NCBI GenBank assembly: GCA_964570875.1
Contig: CAZMZE010000012.1
Coordinates: 9,948 to 73,947, forward strand
Direction: 5' to 3'
Length of the DNA: 64,000 bases
Origin: an uncultured Dehalococcoidia bacterium
Lineage (GTDB): Bacteria; Chloroflexota; Dehalococcoidia; Lucifugimonadales; CATQGZ01
Both the position numbers and the translations under genes were made by a program. The notes under the pieces are model-generated. The model searched no databases. It was not told the DNA's origin and saw only the letters and a program-made list of their open reading frames with translations. Positions 49,910 through 59,762 of this stretch are shown piece by piece. Position 1 is the stretch's first letter, and each line of letters starts with the position of its first letter.

Positions 49910-50662
49910 ATAGATAAGAAATTCTTAGAATCACTGCTTCACCAGTTTAAGCAAGGTAACCTAAGTATTGATGAGGTCCTTGTTCGACTCAAAAATTTGC
50001 CATACGAAGATTTAGATTATGCCAAAGTCGATCATCACCGAGCAATACGGACGGGTGTCCCAGAAGTAGTTTTTGCTCAAGGTAAGTCAATAGAGCAAGT
50101 CAGAACAATAGCTTCATCAATATGGGAAGTTTCGGGACGATTGTTAATTACTAGGGCTAATCCTAAAATGTTCGATGCAGTTCAAGAAGTCGTACCTGAT
50201 TGTTCCTACGATGAAATAGGGAGAACCATAGTTGCATACGGCCGCCAGAATATCGAGCGAAAGCCAGGGTTGGTGGTTGCCTCAGGAGGTACTAGTGATC
50301 TATCTGTGGCACTAGAGGCCATAGTTACGGCTGAATTCATGGGCTGCGAAGTTAAGAGACTTTTTGATGTGGGAGTTGCAGGGATACATAGGCTGCTAAG
50401 TAAGCAATATGTACTAAGAGATGCCAAGGTGATCATAGTAATTGCAGGAATGGAAGGAGCACTACCGTCAGTTGTTGGAGGCTTAGTTGGCGTACCAGTT
50501 ATAGCTGTACCAACTAGTATAGGCTACGGAGCAAACTTTGCAGGGCTAAGTGCTCTACTCACGATGATTAACAGTTGTGCTCCTGGTGTAAGCGTGGTCA
50601 ATATTGACAATGGATTTGGAGCCGGTTACTTGGCGGCGATGATCAATAATTCAACTTTCTAG
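49910..50662 (+). CDS. larB: LarB / PurE-like AIR-carboxylase-related protein (pyridinium-3,5-biscarboxylic acid mononucleotide synthase family)
   Basis: It has DYAKVDHHRAIRTGVPEVVFAQGK and a PurE-like core (VVASGGTSDL, AGMEGALPSVVGG, VPTS). The track start is TTG 49997, but the homologous N-terminal helix continues upstream in frame to an ATA at 49910, preceded by GGAGG. Confidence 0.8.
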   Translation: MDKKFLESLLHQFKQGNLSIDEVLVRLKNLPYEDLDYAKVDHHRAIRTGVPEVVFAQGKSIEQVRTIASSIWEVSGRLLITRANPKMFDAVQEVVPDCSYDEIGRTIVAYGRQNIERKPGLVVASGGTSDLSVALEAIVTAEFMGCEVKRLFDVGVAGIHRLLSKQYVLRDAKVIIVIAGMEGALPSVVGGLVGVPVIAVPTSIGYGANFAGLSALLTMINSCAPGVSVVNIDNGFGAGYLAAMINNSTF

Positions 50663-50771
50663 ATTTATTGATCGGTAAACACCAAACATAATTGAAATCC
50701 TGTGTAATGTATAATAGTTACGCTGGGTTAAACGTGTGAAACCTGACCATCATCTGGCTGGAGAAAAAAGG

Positions 50772-51545
50772 ATGTATTCAATTGATCTGAAAGGCAAAAC
50801 GGCTGTTATTCTTGGTATAGCAAATCAACGCAGCATTGCGGCTTCTATAGCGGGTATATTGCAACAATCCGGTGCTTCCCTAGCTATCACATATCAAAAC
50901 GACCGGATTCTAGAAAACGTAGAGAAAATAGTTGAACCTTGGGAAGATGCATTTATGGTAGAGTGCGATGTTTCCTCCGATGAAAATGTAGAGGCTGCTT
51001 TTGAATCTATATCAACACATTTCGGCAAGATCGACATTATAGTGCACAGCATAGCGTTCGCTAATCGAGATGATCTTGGAGGTAGGTTTATTAACACAGA
51101 TCGAGAGGGATTTCGACTTGCATTGGATATCAGTGCATATTCTCTAATACCGGTGGCTCGTTTCGGCGCTCCATGTATGACAGATGGCGGGAGTATCATG
51201 ACGCTAACTTTTCAAGCCTCAGAGCGTGTTTTTCCAGGATACAACGTGATGGGCACAGCCAAGGCAGCTCTGGAAAATGAGGTTATTCAACTTGCTCACG
51301 ATCTCGGGCCAGACGGAATTAGAGTTAATGCTATATCACCCGGCCCTTTGGATACGGTGTCATCAAGAGTTATAAGTGGATACAAAGATATGAAGCGTGC
51401 TCATCAAACACGGTCTCCAATGGGCAGGAATGTTACACATGAAGAGGCCGCGGGTACGGCGTTATTTCTGAGTAGCGATTTGTCCACAGGTATCACAGGT
51501 CAAATCATAACCGTGGATACTGGATACGGCATTATGGGAATTTAA
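50772..51545 (+). CDS. fabI: enoyl-[acyl-carrier-protein] reductase (NADH), FabI type
   Basis: It has GKTAVILGIANQRSIA and the Y-x6-K region (YNVMGTAKAALE), then NAISPGP. ATG 50772 with GGAGAAAAAAGG upstream is preferred over the track GTG at 50736. Confidence 0.9.
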   Translation: MYSIDLKGKTAVILGIANQRSIAASIAGILQQSGASLAITYQNDRILENVEKIVEPWEDAFMVECDVSSDENVEAAFESISTHFGKIDIIVHSIAFANRDDLGGRFINTDREGFRLALDISAYSLIPVARFGAPCMTDGGSIMTLTFQASERVFPGYNVMGTAKAALENEVIQLAHDLGPDGIRVNAISPGPLDTVSSRVISGYKDMKRAHQTRSPMGRNVTHEEAAGTALFLSSDLSTGITGQIITVDTGYGIMGI

Positions 51546-51572
51546 GTTTCAGGAATCACATAGAGGCAAGCA

Positions 51573-52622
51573 ATGACTGAAAAATTAGTTGGCAAGGTAC
51601 AGACTGTAACAGGTTTGGTTGAACCGAGTAACCTTGGTTTGACAACTACTCATGAGCATTTGCTGATCGATTTCTCGTGTATGTTCAATGAACCAGCAGA
51701 GGCCAGTGAGCGTTACCGTGCACACGAACCCGTAACTATCAATAATCTTGGGTGGGTCAGTTATCAATCTTTTGCCAATCTGGATAATTTGATGTTAGTC
51801 AACGAGGATGATGCGACAACTGAAGCACAAATGTATAAGAAAGCTGGGGGTGGGACTATTGTTGATGCGACAACAATAGGAATCGGCAGAGATCCTGAAG
51901 CATTAGCTCGAATAGCACGAAGTAGCAGTCTAAACATCGTAATGGGGGCCGGTTATTATGTAGACTCTGTCCACCCGGAAGGAATGGACCAATTGAGTGA
52001 AGAAGAAATAGCTAGTCAGATCGTAGAGGAAATACGCCTGGGTGTTGGCACCACTCGTGTGAAAGCGGGAATAATCGGTGAGATTGGGTGTTCTTGGCCA
52101 TTAGCTCCAAACGAGAGAAAGGTGTTGCGTGCATCGGCTATTGCCCAGCAAGAAACGGGAGCGGCTGTACTTATCCATCCTGGACGTAATCCTCAGGCTC
52201 CTTTACAAATCTTGGAGATATTAGAGGAATCTGGCGGTGATGTCAGCAGAACAATAATGGGCCACTTAGACAGGACCATAACAAGCACTGTTGACTTGCT
52301 CGATATTGCCCAAAGCGGTTGTGCTCTTGAGTATGACTTGTTTGGGTGGGAGATTTCTTATTATCCGCTTGGTGACTTGGACATGCCCAGTGATGCTCAA
52401 CGACTGGATTTTATAGAATTGCTGCTTTCAGAAGGATACGAGGATAGAATAGTGCTGGCACAGGATATATTTGCGAAACACCGAACAATGAAATATGGAG
52501 GCCATGGATATGCCCATATTATCCAGAACATTGTTCCAAGGATGAGGACCAGAGGATTCTCGGATCGTCAAGTAAGTTCGATCATGACAGAAAATCCTGC
52601 TAAACTACTGGCTTTCGTGTAA
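51573..52622 (+). CDS. phosphotriesterase-related (PTE/PHP family) amidohydrolase-fold protein
   Basis: It has the metal-binding THEHLLIDF and GIIGEIG, then later H/D residues (LIHPG, GHLD, AQD). Confidence 0.8.
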   Translation: MTEKLVGKVQTVTGLVEPSNLGLTTTHEHLLIDFSCMFNEPAEASERYRAHEPVTINNLGWVSYQSFANLDNLMLVNEDDATTEAQMYKKAGGGTIVDATTIGIGRDPEALARIARSSSLNIVMGAGYYVDSVHPEGMDQLSEEEIASQIVEEIRLGVGTTRVKAGIIGEIGCSWPLAPNERKVLRASAIAQQETGAAVLIHPGRNPQAPLQILEILEESGGDVSRTIMGHLDRTITSTVDLLDIAQSGCALEYDLFGWEISYYPLGDLDMPSDAQRLDFIELLLSEGYEDRIVLAQDIFAKHRTMKYGGHGYAHIIQNIVPRMRTRGFSDRQVSSIMTENPAKLLAFV

Positions 52623-52704
52623 CTTATATATCCCAATTCAGGAAAATTCTAGTAATATGTATTAATGAAGCATGTACAGTTAGAAGAAAATTTGGAGGAT
52701 TAAA

Positions 52705-53172
52705 ATGGGAGCTGTAGAAACAAGACTTTTAGAATTAGGAATTGAATTACCAGAGATGAAGAGGCCAGTCGCAAATTATGTGCCTGTGGTTCGTACTGGT
52801 AATCTACTATTTTTATCGGGCTCCATTCCAGCTTCCCGTCAGGATGGCTCTGAAGTAAGAGGTAAACTGGGGGATGATCTTTCTGTGGAAGAAGGCTATG
52901 AAGCTGCACGACTTGTTGGAATTAACCTGATAGCCGTTCTAAAGGCAACGTTGGGTGATCTAGATAGAGTAGTTCAAATAGTCAAGCTCCTGACCATGGT
53001 AAATAGCACACAGGATTTTGTTGATACGCCAGCGGTCGCAAATGGATGCTCAGATCTCTTAGTAGAGGTGTTTGGCGACAAAGGCAAACACGCTAGGTCG
53101 GCTGTTGGGATGGCTAGTCTGCCACTAAATGTGCCTGTTGAGACAGAGATGGTGGTAGAGATAGCATCTTAG
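52705..53172 (+). CDS. RidA/YjgF-family protein
   Basis: It is 155 aa with LFLSGSIP and a C-terminal ..ARSAVGMASLPLNVPVETEMVVEI. SD GGAGG is present. Confidence 0.85.
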   Translation: MGAVETRLLELGIELPEMKRPVANYVPVVRTGNLLFLSGSIPASRQDGSEVRGKLGDDLSVEEGYEAARLVGINLIAVLKATLGDLDRVVQIVKLLTMVNSTQDFVDTPAVANGCSDLLVEVFGDKGKHARSAVGMASLPLNVPVETEMVVEIAS

Positions 53173-53222
53173 GCGTGAAGATCAGATTTTGCAGTGAGGT
53201 AGTGGCTGAACGGTATCAAATA

Positions 53223-53297
53223 CGGGGTGTGGCGCAGCGGAAGCGCGCCTGTTTTGGGAACAGGAGGTCGTCGGTTCGATCCCGACCACCCCGACCA
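53223..53297 (+). tRNA. tRNA-Pro (anticodon UGG), CCA encoded
   Basis: It has acceptor CGGGGTG/CACCCCG, anticodon stem CCTGT/ACAGG with loop TTTGGGA, T arm GTCGG-TTCGATC-CCGAC, and a 3' ACCA. Confidence 0.9.
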
Positions 53298-53348
53298 CCA
53301 TTGATACCATTCATCTGAGGCAACATGAAGAATCTTTGATAACCGTGT

Positions 53349-56156
53349 GTGAATGTGACTAGTCGCAAAGCCAAAGTAGTATCGTTCCTAGCTGAGAGAT
53401 CAGCTTTTGTAGTTATCTTATCCTTAGTCTTGACTGTTTTTTTGCTGTACCCAATGTTGAAGATGCCTGCTACCCAGCAAGCATCGCCAAACCCACCGGG
53501 AGAGGTTTTCGATTTACAGTCAGACATTGACGGTAAATTTCCAAGCCCAGTTCATTTTACGTACTTCATGTTAGAGGCTAGAAATGGGGACGTTTTGACG
53601 AGCGATGTACTACTTGAGTTCAGAAACAACAGAGATCGTCTTCTCATGCTGGATTCAAAAGGAGAACTGGCTACAGGCACGTTAGAAAACCAAACCTATC
53701 TGTTCAAGTATTTTAACCCAGACATTGGAATTGAAATAACAGCGATGGCCTCAATACTGGAACCGTTGGAAATTGCATTGTCGGCTATGGGGACTACGTT
53801 GGATAAAGCTTCTGACGAAGAAATAAAATTTGCTATCCATGAATTGATTACTAATGAAGGTACGGCCAGGGTGATTGACTTTCTTTCACAACATTCGAAG
53901 TCAGAAACAAGAAATGTTTTCGGACAGGAAATCAAATGGTGGGTCGCACCTGCTATGGATTTCACAGTACTTACAGACAACAATAAGCTGGGAGGAGCGG
54001 GTTTGGAAATTGGGTTGGGAGGGGGACCTGATGTAATCAACAAAGAACATCTAAATCGAAAAATTAGTTCAATTATGAGAGGTGATTCAAAATATTACCA
54101 AACTTGGGGTGTTGCAATAGACCCGAATTTGGAATCAGAAGATGAGGGTGAAACTTCTGGTTCGTTTATAACTTTTACAGTTATTGGTGCCTTGCTAGTA
54201 GTGGGCTTAAGCCTGAAGTCGTACTGGGTTACGGCTATATCTGGTGTTGGTCTAGCGGCATTGATGATATGGCTTAAAGGAATATCAGCACTTGTGGGAC
54301 TCAAGAGTGGACTAGTCATTGATCTTGTAGTACCGATAAGCATGATTTCGCTGGGTGTTGACTTTGTAGTGCACTCCGTACGGCGTTACAAAGAGGAAGT
54401 CGAAGAGGGGCATTTGCCTAGACAAGGGCTGAAGATTGGCCTGACTGGTATTCTAGCAGCCCTGCTTTTAGCTATGGCAAGCGACAGCATAGCCTTTTTG
54501 TCAAATCTATCTTCGAATATAGAAGCGGTAATTCATTTTGGGAGCGCAGCGGCTATAGCAGTGTTCTCTTCATTTTGGATATTAGGCATCGTTGCACCTA
54601 TAGCAGTCATGCGTGTAGATGAACTAGTCAGGGATTCTGGAAAACAGTTCGTAGGCGCAGTACCCGCTGTAGCTCGCGTTGTAGGTTCTGTAGCAGTAGC
54701 ATCAGCCTTCGGTGGAGTGGTGATAGTAATGTTAGCCGTCGATGTTCTATATGGAGTCTTTGCATTTTTCGGTGCTTCCATAATATTTCTTGCCATACCT
54801 GTGGCATATATGATTATTTCAAAAACTGACCCTGTTTTATCTGAACAGGCCATATTTACAAATCAATCTTTTGTATCTAAAGGCAAAGGACTTGTGTGGT
54901 GCGTAGAAAAGATAGTGACATGGTCCACATCAAACGCTCGATCAGTGTTAATACTTACTGCCTTGCTTACAGGAGCTTCAGTATTTTTTGCTCTCAAATT
55001 AGAGCCTACATTTGATGTTAAGGATTTTTTTGATCCAAGGTCAGATATGGTTATCGGTCTGGACAAGGTAGATGAACATGTGGGAGAAAAAGGAGGTGAG
55101 CCAGGAATAGCATACATCAAGGGCGACTTGATGGATCCTAACGCTGTATCAGCTATATCAGATTTCATAGAATCCTTGAGAGATGTTGAAAGTGTTGCTG
55201 AACGACCAAGCGGGGAAGTAACTATAGGTCTCGACATTGTTAACACTTCAAAAATCATAATGGAAAGCCCTGCGGCCCTCTCAGCAATAAAATCCAGTAC
55301 TGGTATCGCTGTTGAAGATAAAGATGGGGACTGGATACCTGATAAAAAAGAACAGATAGAAGCGGCCTTCACTATTGCACTTAATAACGGGGTGCCCGAT
55401 GCAAAAGGGAACCTTATTCTTCGGCCTGATCAGGTAAGAGGCGCTATTTATTATGCTGGACAAAACGAAAGCCTAACAACTATCTCGTTCCAAATACCAG
55501 GTACGAGAGACCAAACTAGGATTACAGAATCGGGGAAAGTAATTAGACCGATACTTGCAAATCTAGAATCGCACCCATCAATATCTATTTCAAGGTTGAC
55601 AGGCTCGCCTTTCACTAGAGAAGCTCAACTATCAGCTTCTACTCGGACACTCTACCTTTCTCTTCCGATAGCGATTTCTGCAGCTACTTTGCTACTGGTG
55701 GTGACAATGCGTTCCTTCAGGTACGCTATTGTCACGGTGATACCAATAGGCTTAGTAGTTGCGTGGCTATACGGAATAATGCATATAGCGGGTTTTTCCC
55801 TGAATTTCGTCACCTCAATGATAGGGGCGATATCCATAGGAGTGGGTATTGATTACTCAATTCATATGACAGAGAGGTACAGGGAAGAATTGAAAAAGAA
55901 TCCTTCTAAGGTAGAAGCCGTTAAAAGGACTTCCAGAGGAACGGGTGTTGCGTTGCTTGCATCCGCCACATCTAGCATAGTTGGATTCGTAATAATGGGC
56001 TTTGCCCCGATGCCGATATTTGCTTCATATGGCCAATTAACCGCGGTGATGATCTTCTTGGCACTTGTCTCTTCCCTCATAGTGCTTCCCTGTCTGTTAG
56101 TGATTACTACAAATGAGTCGGAGATCGGCGTAAATGAAATTCTCGCAAAAACATGA
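53349..56156 (+). CDS. MMPL/RND-superfamily membrane transporter
   Basis: At 935 aa it has the RND topology: an N-terminal TM, a ~240-aa external loop, a TM bundle, a second ~240-aa loop and a second TM bundle (..GAISIGVGIDYSIHMTERYREE..). Confidence 0.85.
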   Translation: MNVTSRKAKVVSFLAERSAFVVILSLVLTVFLLYPMLKMPATQQASPNPPGEVFDLQSDIDGKFPSPVHFTYFMLEARNGDVLTSDVLLEFRNNRDRLLMLDSKGELATGTLENQTYLFKYFNPDIGIEITAMASILEPLEIALSAMGTTLDKASDEEIKFAIHELITNEGTARVIDFLSQHSKSETRNVFGQEIKWWVAPAMDFTVLTDNNKLGGAGLEIGLGGGPDVINKEHLNRKISSIMRGDSKYYQTWGVAIDPNLESEDEGETSGSFITFTVIGALLVVGLSLKSYWVTAISGVGLAALMIWLKGISALVGLKSGLVIDLVVPISMISLGVDFVVHSVRRYKEEVEEGHLPRQGLKIGLTGILAALLLAMASDSIAFLSNLSSNIEAVIHFGSAAAIAVFSSFWILGIVAPIAVMRVDELVRDSGKQFVGAVPAVARVVGSVAVASAFGGVVIVMLAVDVLYGVFAFFGASIIFLAIPVAYMIISKTDPVLSEQAIFTNQSFVSKGKGLVWCVEKIVTWSTSNARSVLILTALLTGASVFFALKLEPTFDVKDFFDPRSDMVIGLDKVDEHVGEKGGEPGIAYIKGDLMDPNAVSAISDFIESLRDVESVAERPSGEVTIGLDIVNTSKIIMESPAALSAIKSSTGIAVEDKDGDWIPDKKEQIEAAFTIALNNGVPDAKGNLILRPDQVRGAIYYAGQNESLTTISFQIPGTRDQTRITESGKVIRPILANLESHPSISISRLTGSPFTREAQLSASTRTLYLSLPIAISAATLLLVVTMRSFRYAIVTVIPIGLVVAWLYGIMHIAGFSLNFVTSMIGAISIGVGIDYSIHMTERYREELKKNPSKVEAVKRTSRGTGVALLASATSSIVGFVIMGFAPMPIFASYGQLTAVMIFLALVSSLIVLPCLLVITTNESEIGVNEILAKT

Positions 56157-56524
56157 ACAACTTCCACAAGGAGAAAAATGGTATGGCGACTTTGTATATC
56201 AGAGAATTTGGGTTTAGCAATGAATTGAGTGATCAAGAGGCTCGGGCAGAGTTAAAATTCATGACGGAGAAATTGTTACCGGCAATACAAAGTTCACAAG
56301 GGATCAAATCGGCAAAACTTTTTTCTGGGGCCGGGGGGCTGAGATCTCAAATTCGTTTGTTAGTAGATATGGATGATGCAGGGTGCTATGAGAAAATGTT
56401 GTCTAATCCTGAAATTAGAATTCTCCTTGCCCGTTTGTATTCAGCATGGGACCTTAGAAACGCCACACAGGACTTTCTGCGTGAAATAACCCAAGATATT
56501 ATAGATGCCCATTCGAGTCGATAA
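56153..56524 (+). CDS. small hypothetical protein, translationally coupled to the MMPL gene
   Basis: Its ATG overlaps the MMPL stop (ATGA at 56153-56156). It has no TM segment and no motif I recognise. An alternative start is Met11 (MATLYIREF). Confidence 0.5.
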   Translation: MNNFHKEKNGMATLYIREFGFSNELSDQEARAELKFMTEKLLPAIQSSQGIKSAKLFSGAGGLRSQIRLLVDMDDAGCYEKMLSNPEIRILLARLYSAWDLRNATQDFLREITQDIIDAHSSR

Positions 56525-56556
56525 ACAGCTTAGCATCAATAGATTGAGGGTGTTTT

Positions 56557-58593
56557 TCAGGCCATACTCACATATGTAAAATGTGTGGTCCGATGCCAAA
56601 GATCGATTCCTTGGAGTTTGACCACCACAACGTCTCCAGGATTTGATGTTTTGGGAACGACAGCTCTAAACCTGAATGGATATTCGGATAGTTCTAAAAG
56701 CGCTCCTCTTCTAACCGATTTTTCTAGTGCCACCGCGTAAAAATCGACTGAACTTTTCTGGTTTTCACCTTTGCACATCTTTTTGGCAAGGAATTTCAAA
56801 AACCAATACCGTTTAACTGAATCTTCTATACCGGCAATTTCACGTAGCTGGATTGATCCGCGCTGTCCGACCGATGCGACTTCTTCAACAGGATATAGAA
56901 ATTTACCAGTATCCAAATAATGTCCTATTTGTCTTTGCGTAATTAAGTCGGTATATCTGCGTAAAGGTGCTGAGACCTGGGAGTAATGTTCTACGCCAAG
57001 ACTGTGATGAGCATCCGGGATCGTAGAGAATTCAGCAGGAAGAAGGCGCTGCATCTTCATAAACCATAAATATGGCCCATCTTCAATGCCATCCGTACTA
57101 GAAATAGTTTCAGGTGCTTGTTGTGACCTGAAGATCACAGGAATTGAACGGGACTTACAAAATTCAGCCATCAAAGTGTTGTAGAGTATCATTAATTCAG
57201 CGATGATTTTTCGGGATCGATTTTTAACTGAAAGACGAATACTGATTTCATCATTTTCGGCTATATCTATTGCCATATCGGGACGTTGAATATCCACAGA
57301 ACCAGATACTTCTCTTTTAGACATTAATTCTGTGGATATGTTGTCGAGGTTATGGATGAATCTATGCCACCTGTGCTCGGTGTCTTCCAACGCGAATTCA
57401 GCATCTTCGTAGGATAGGGCGTCGTCACTTTCTATCACAGATCTATGTATGTCCCAGTCAATTATGGTGTTGGTGGGCGAAAGTTTAGCGATGATACTTA
57501 GTGCGGCCTGTTTTCGGCCTTTGGATAAGGTTCCGCTTTTGGCAACTAGGCCGTGCGGCAGCATCGGCAAAATTTGAGTCGGCAAGTATATGGAAGACAT
57601 CCTGTTTTTTGCTTCCGTATCTATTGCACTATTGGGAGGTACAAGAAACCCGGCATCAGTTACATGAATTCCCAAATATGAAAAACCGGCAGCATCAGAA
57701 TGAAAGGAAATCGCGTCATCACGGTCATAAGTACCCAGTTCATCTATTGTGATGGTTGGGATTTTTGTAAAATCAATCCTCTTCGGGTCTGAAATTAACG
57801 TGCTGGGATCTATTGCTTCTGATGCAGAAACAACTGCCTTGGGGAAAATTGATGTGTAGCCGGCGCGCTCAAGTTCTAGTGGTTCGTCTTCTGAAACTAG
57901 GCCATGCCGTACCAAAATCCGAAAGGCATTTTTTTCAAACTCCGTTGAATTTGGATGAATTTCTCGTAGAAGATCTATAGCAATAGAACTTCTCGGATAT
58001 TGATTTCCGTGGATAGCTAAACCACGCAAATGATTCAAAATATCCTGTTGGTGCTGTGTCAGCTTTTCAGGTAGTGTTTCCTGACGAAGATCGTCAATCA
58101 ATAACTCGCGTTCTTTTTGTTTGCAAATCAGCTTATAGCGTCGTTGTTGAATTTCTTCGACCTCTTTCCTCGTCCGAGGATAGTAACTGGCGCCATCTTG
58201 GTAGAAATATAGATTGGTGTGGTAGACGTTTAGTATTATGGCAATTTTCTTGGCTGTATTGTCGCTACTCCCCCAATAAAGCTCAGCAAGATCTTCTAGT
58301 GACACAGGATTTCTGGAATCTATGGCAATGTTCCACGCCTCACGCAGGTCTATCTCACCAGATAAGTCCTTCGATAGTTTCCACAAATCATTTGTTTGTT
58401 CAACGTTGGAATCTACTATCCCGGTGGACATCAATAGCCGATCGGTTGTTAATTGCGCTTCTCGATTTTTACCAATTGCTACACGTATGCGGTTTGTAAC
58501 ACTTGATTTAGATGGTGTGTTGGGGGTAGAAAGGTATCTTCCTAATGCTGGTCCATTTTTCAACTGGACCACGATTATTTCCCCAAATTCCAT
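56557..58593 (-). CDS. RNB-domain exoribonuclease (RNase II / RNase R family)
   Basis: It has the RNB catalytic Asp cluster TIDELGTYDRDDAISF, then HHSLGVEHYSQVSAPLRRYTDL, and a C-terminal S1-like region. Confidence 0.85.
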   Translation of the reverse strand: MEFGEIIVVQLKNGPALGRYLSTPNTPSKSSVTNRIRVAIGKNREAQLTTDRLLMSTGIVDSNVEQTNDLWKLSKDLSGEIDLREAWNIAIDSRNPVSLEDLAELYWGSSDNTAKKIAIILNVYHTNLYFYQDGASYYPRTRKEVEEIQQRRYKLICKQKERELLIDDLRQETLPEKLTQHQQDILNHLRGLAIHGNQYPRSSIAIDLLREIHPNSTEFEKNAFRILVRHGLVSEDEPLELERAGYTSIFPKAVVSASEAIDPSTLISDPKRIDFTKIPTITIDELGTYDRDDAISFHSDAAGFSYLGIHVTDAGFLVPPNSAIDTEAKNRMSSIYLPTQILPMLPHGLVAKSGTLSKGRKQAALSIIAKLSPTNTIIDWDIHRSVIESDDALSYEDAEFALEDTEHRWHRFIHNLDNISTELMSKREVSGSVDIQRPDMAIDIAENDEISIRLSVKNRSRKIIAELMILYNTLMAEFCKSRSIPVIFRSQQAPETISSTDGIEDGPYLWFMKMQRLLPAEFSTIPDAHHSLGVEHYSQVSAPLRRYTDLITQRQIGHYLDTGKFLYPVEEVASVGQRGSIQLREIAGIEDSVKRYWFLKFLAKKMCKGENQKSSVDFYAVALEKSVRRGALLELSEYPFRFRAVVPKTSNPGDVVVVKLQGIDLWHRTTHFTYVSMA

Positions 58594-58714
58594 AATACGC
58601 TCCGATAACAGTTAGCATTTTTGAGATACTGCGTTAGGTAATTTGGTTATTGCCAGAAAAACACATGCTTTTAAATGCAACGTTGTCACAAGTAATCGAT
58701 ACCATTGGAAAGAT

Positions 58715-59632
58715 TTATCTGTTAGAGAAGCTCACAGCCTGGTCAACAATGTCGATACCAACGGATTCACTCCAACTCGCAAGTAACTGTTGTGTAATTG
58801 GCCCTGGTAACCCATCACCTATCTGTCGATTATCAACTTTAGTAACTGGCAATACACAAGGGCTTGTCGTCGTGAAAAATGCCTCGTCAGCCGTGTATAG
58901 ATCATAAGGCTGAAGATCTTCCTGCACTACAGGGATATCTAATTGTTTAGCGAGGTCGAAAACCATGCCTCTCGAGACTCCTTGTAGCACAGCTTTGTCT
59001 GTAGAAGATCGAATCACACCGTCAGTTACTATTAATACATTCCAGCCAACTCCCTCAGTCAGGTTGCCGTTTAGATCTAACATAATTGGCCAAGCGTCGG
59101 GATCAACATCTGTTGCTTCCATCTGGGCCAAATTAAAGTTCATCCTGCTGTAATGTTTGATTTTGGGATCCAAAGATTCTGGAGAGTAGCTTCTAGTTTT
59201 GGCTATCACTCCGTGTACCCCCGTGGCGTAAGATTGTGCGTACCTTGTAAATTCAACTGGTGCCAATCTAACTCCCACTGTTGGGCACTCTTTGGCTCCA
59301 GATGGTGGTTTGGGGCCGCGAGTAACAAACTGATGTATCGTAAAGTCGCCGTAGTTGTGTCTTATATACTCGTTGCGCTTGATAGCATCTTCACTAATCA
59401 ATAACATCTGGTCTTTATCTATACTGGGATTGATACGAGCGTATTGGAGAGATCTGTATAGACGTGCCACATGTTCTTTCATCCGGAAACTCTTACCATT
59501 GAAAGTTCGTGCGACATCAAAAACCGTATCCCCGACCAAAAACCCTCGGTCTGTGGCATGAATTTTCACCTCGCTGTTGGGGATCCATTCGCCGTTGAAG
59601 TAAGCTGTTAATTCGTTCATGTGTTGCTCCAC
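58715..59632 (-). CDS. class IV (fold type IV) PLP aminotransferase (branched-chain / D-amino-acid type)
   Basis: It has DRGFLVGDTVFDV, RLYRS, the lysine region PKIKHYSRMNFNLAQMEA, and LEGVGWNV/ LQGVSRG motifs. Confidence 0.85.
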   Translation of the reverse strand: MEQHMNELTAYFNGEWIPNSEVKIHATDRGFLVGDTVFDVARTFNGKSFRMKEHVARLYRSLQYARINPSIDKDQMLLISEDAIKRNEYIRHNYGDFTIHQFVTRGPKPPSGAKECPTVGVRLAPVEFTRYAQSYATGVHGVIAKTRSYSPESLDPKIKHYSRMNFNLAQMEATDVDPDAWPIMLDLNGNLTEGVGWNVLIVTDGVIRSSTDKAVLQGVSRGMVFDLAKQLDIPVVQEDLQPYDLYTADEAFFTTTSPCVLPVTKVDNRQIGDGLPGPITQQLLASWSESVGIDIVDQAVSFSNR

Positions 59633-59762
59633 ATTAGTAAAGAATTATAATTATTAAGGCAATACATGGTCGTATTATACTCCATGGTTACTATCGGATA
59701 TTGATTGAAGGAGATCGAAGTCCTTGTACTCGAATATAAACTATAAGAGAGGCTTAAAATAG

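Noticed and set aside
53216-53527. A 103-aa minus-strand ORF spanning the tRNA-Pro gene and the MMPL start.
   Set aside because: It overlaps a perfectly folding tRNA and the 5' end of a supported CDS, so it is spurious.
54863-55372. A 169-aa ORF and several others (53696-54043, 54533-54853, 55862-56236) antisense to the MMPL transporter gene.
   Set aside because: They are shadow ORFs of a long, well-supported membrane-protein gene. They have no start context and no recognisable sequence features.
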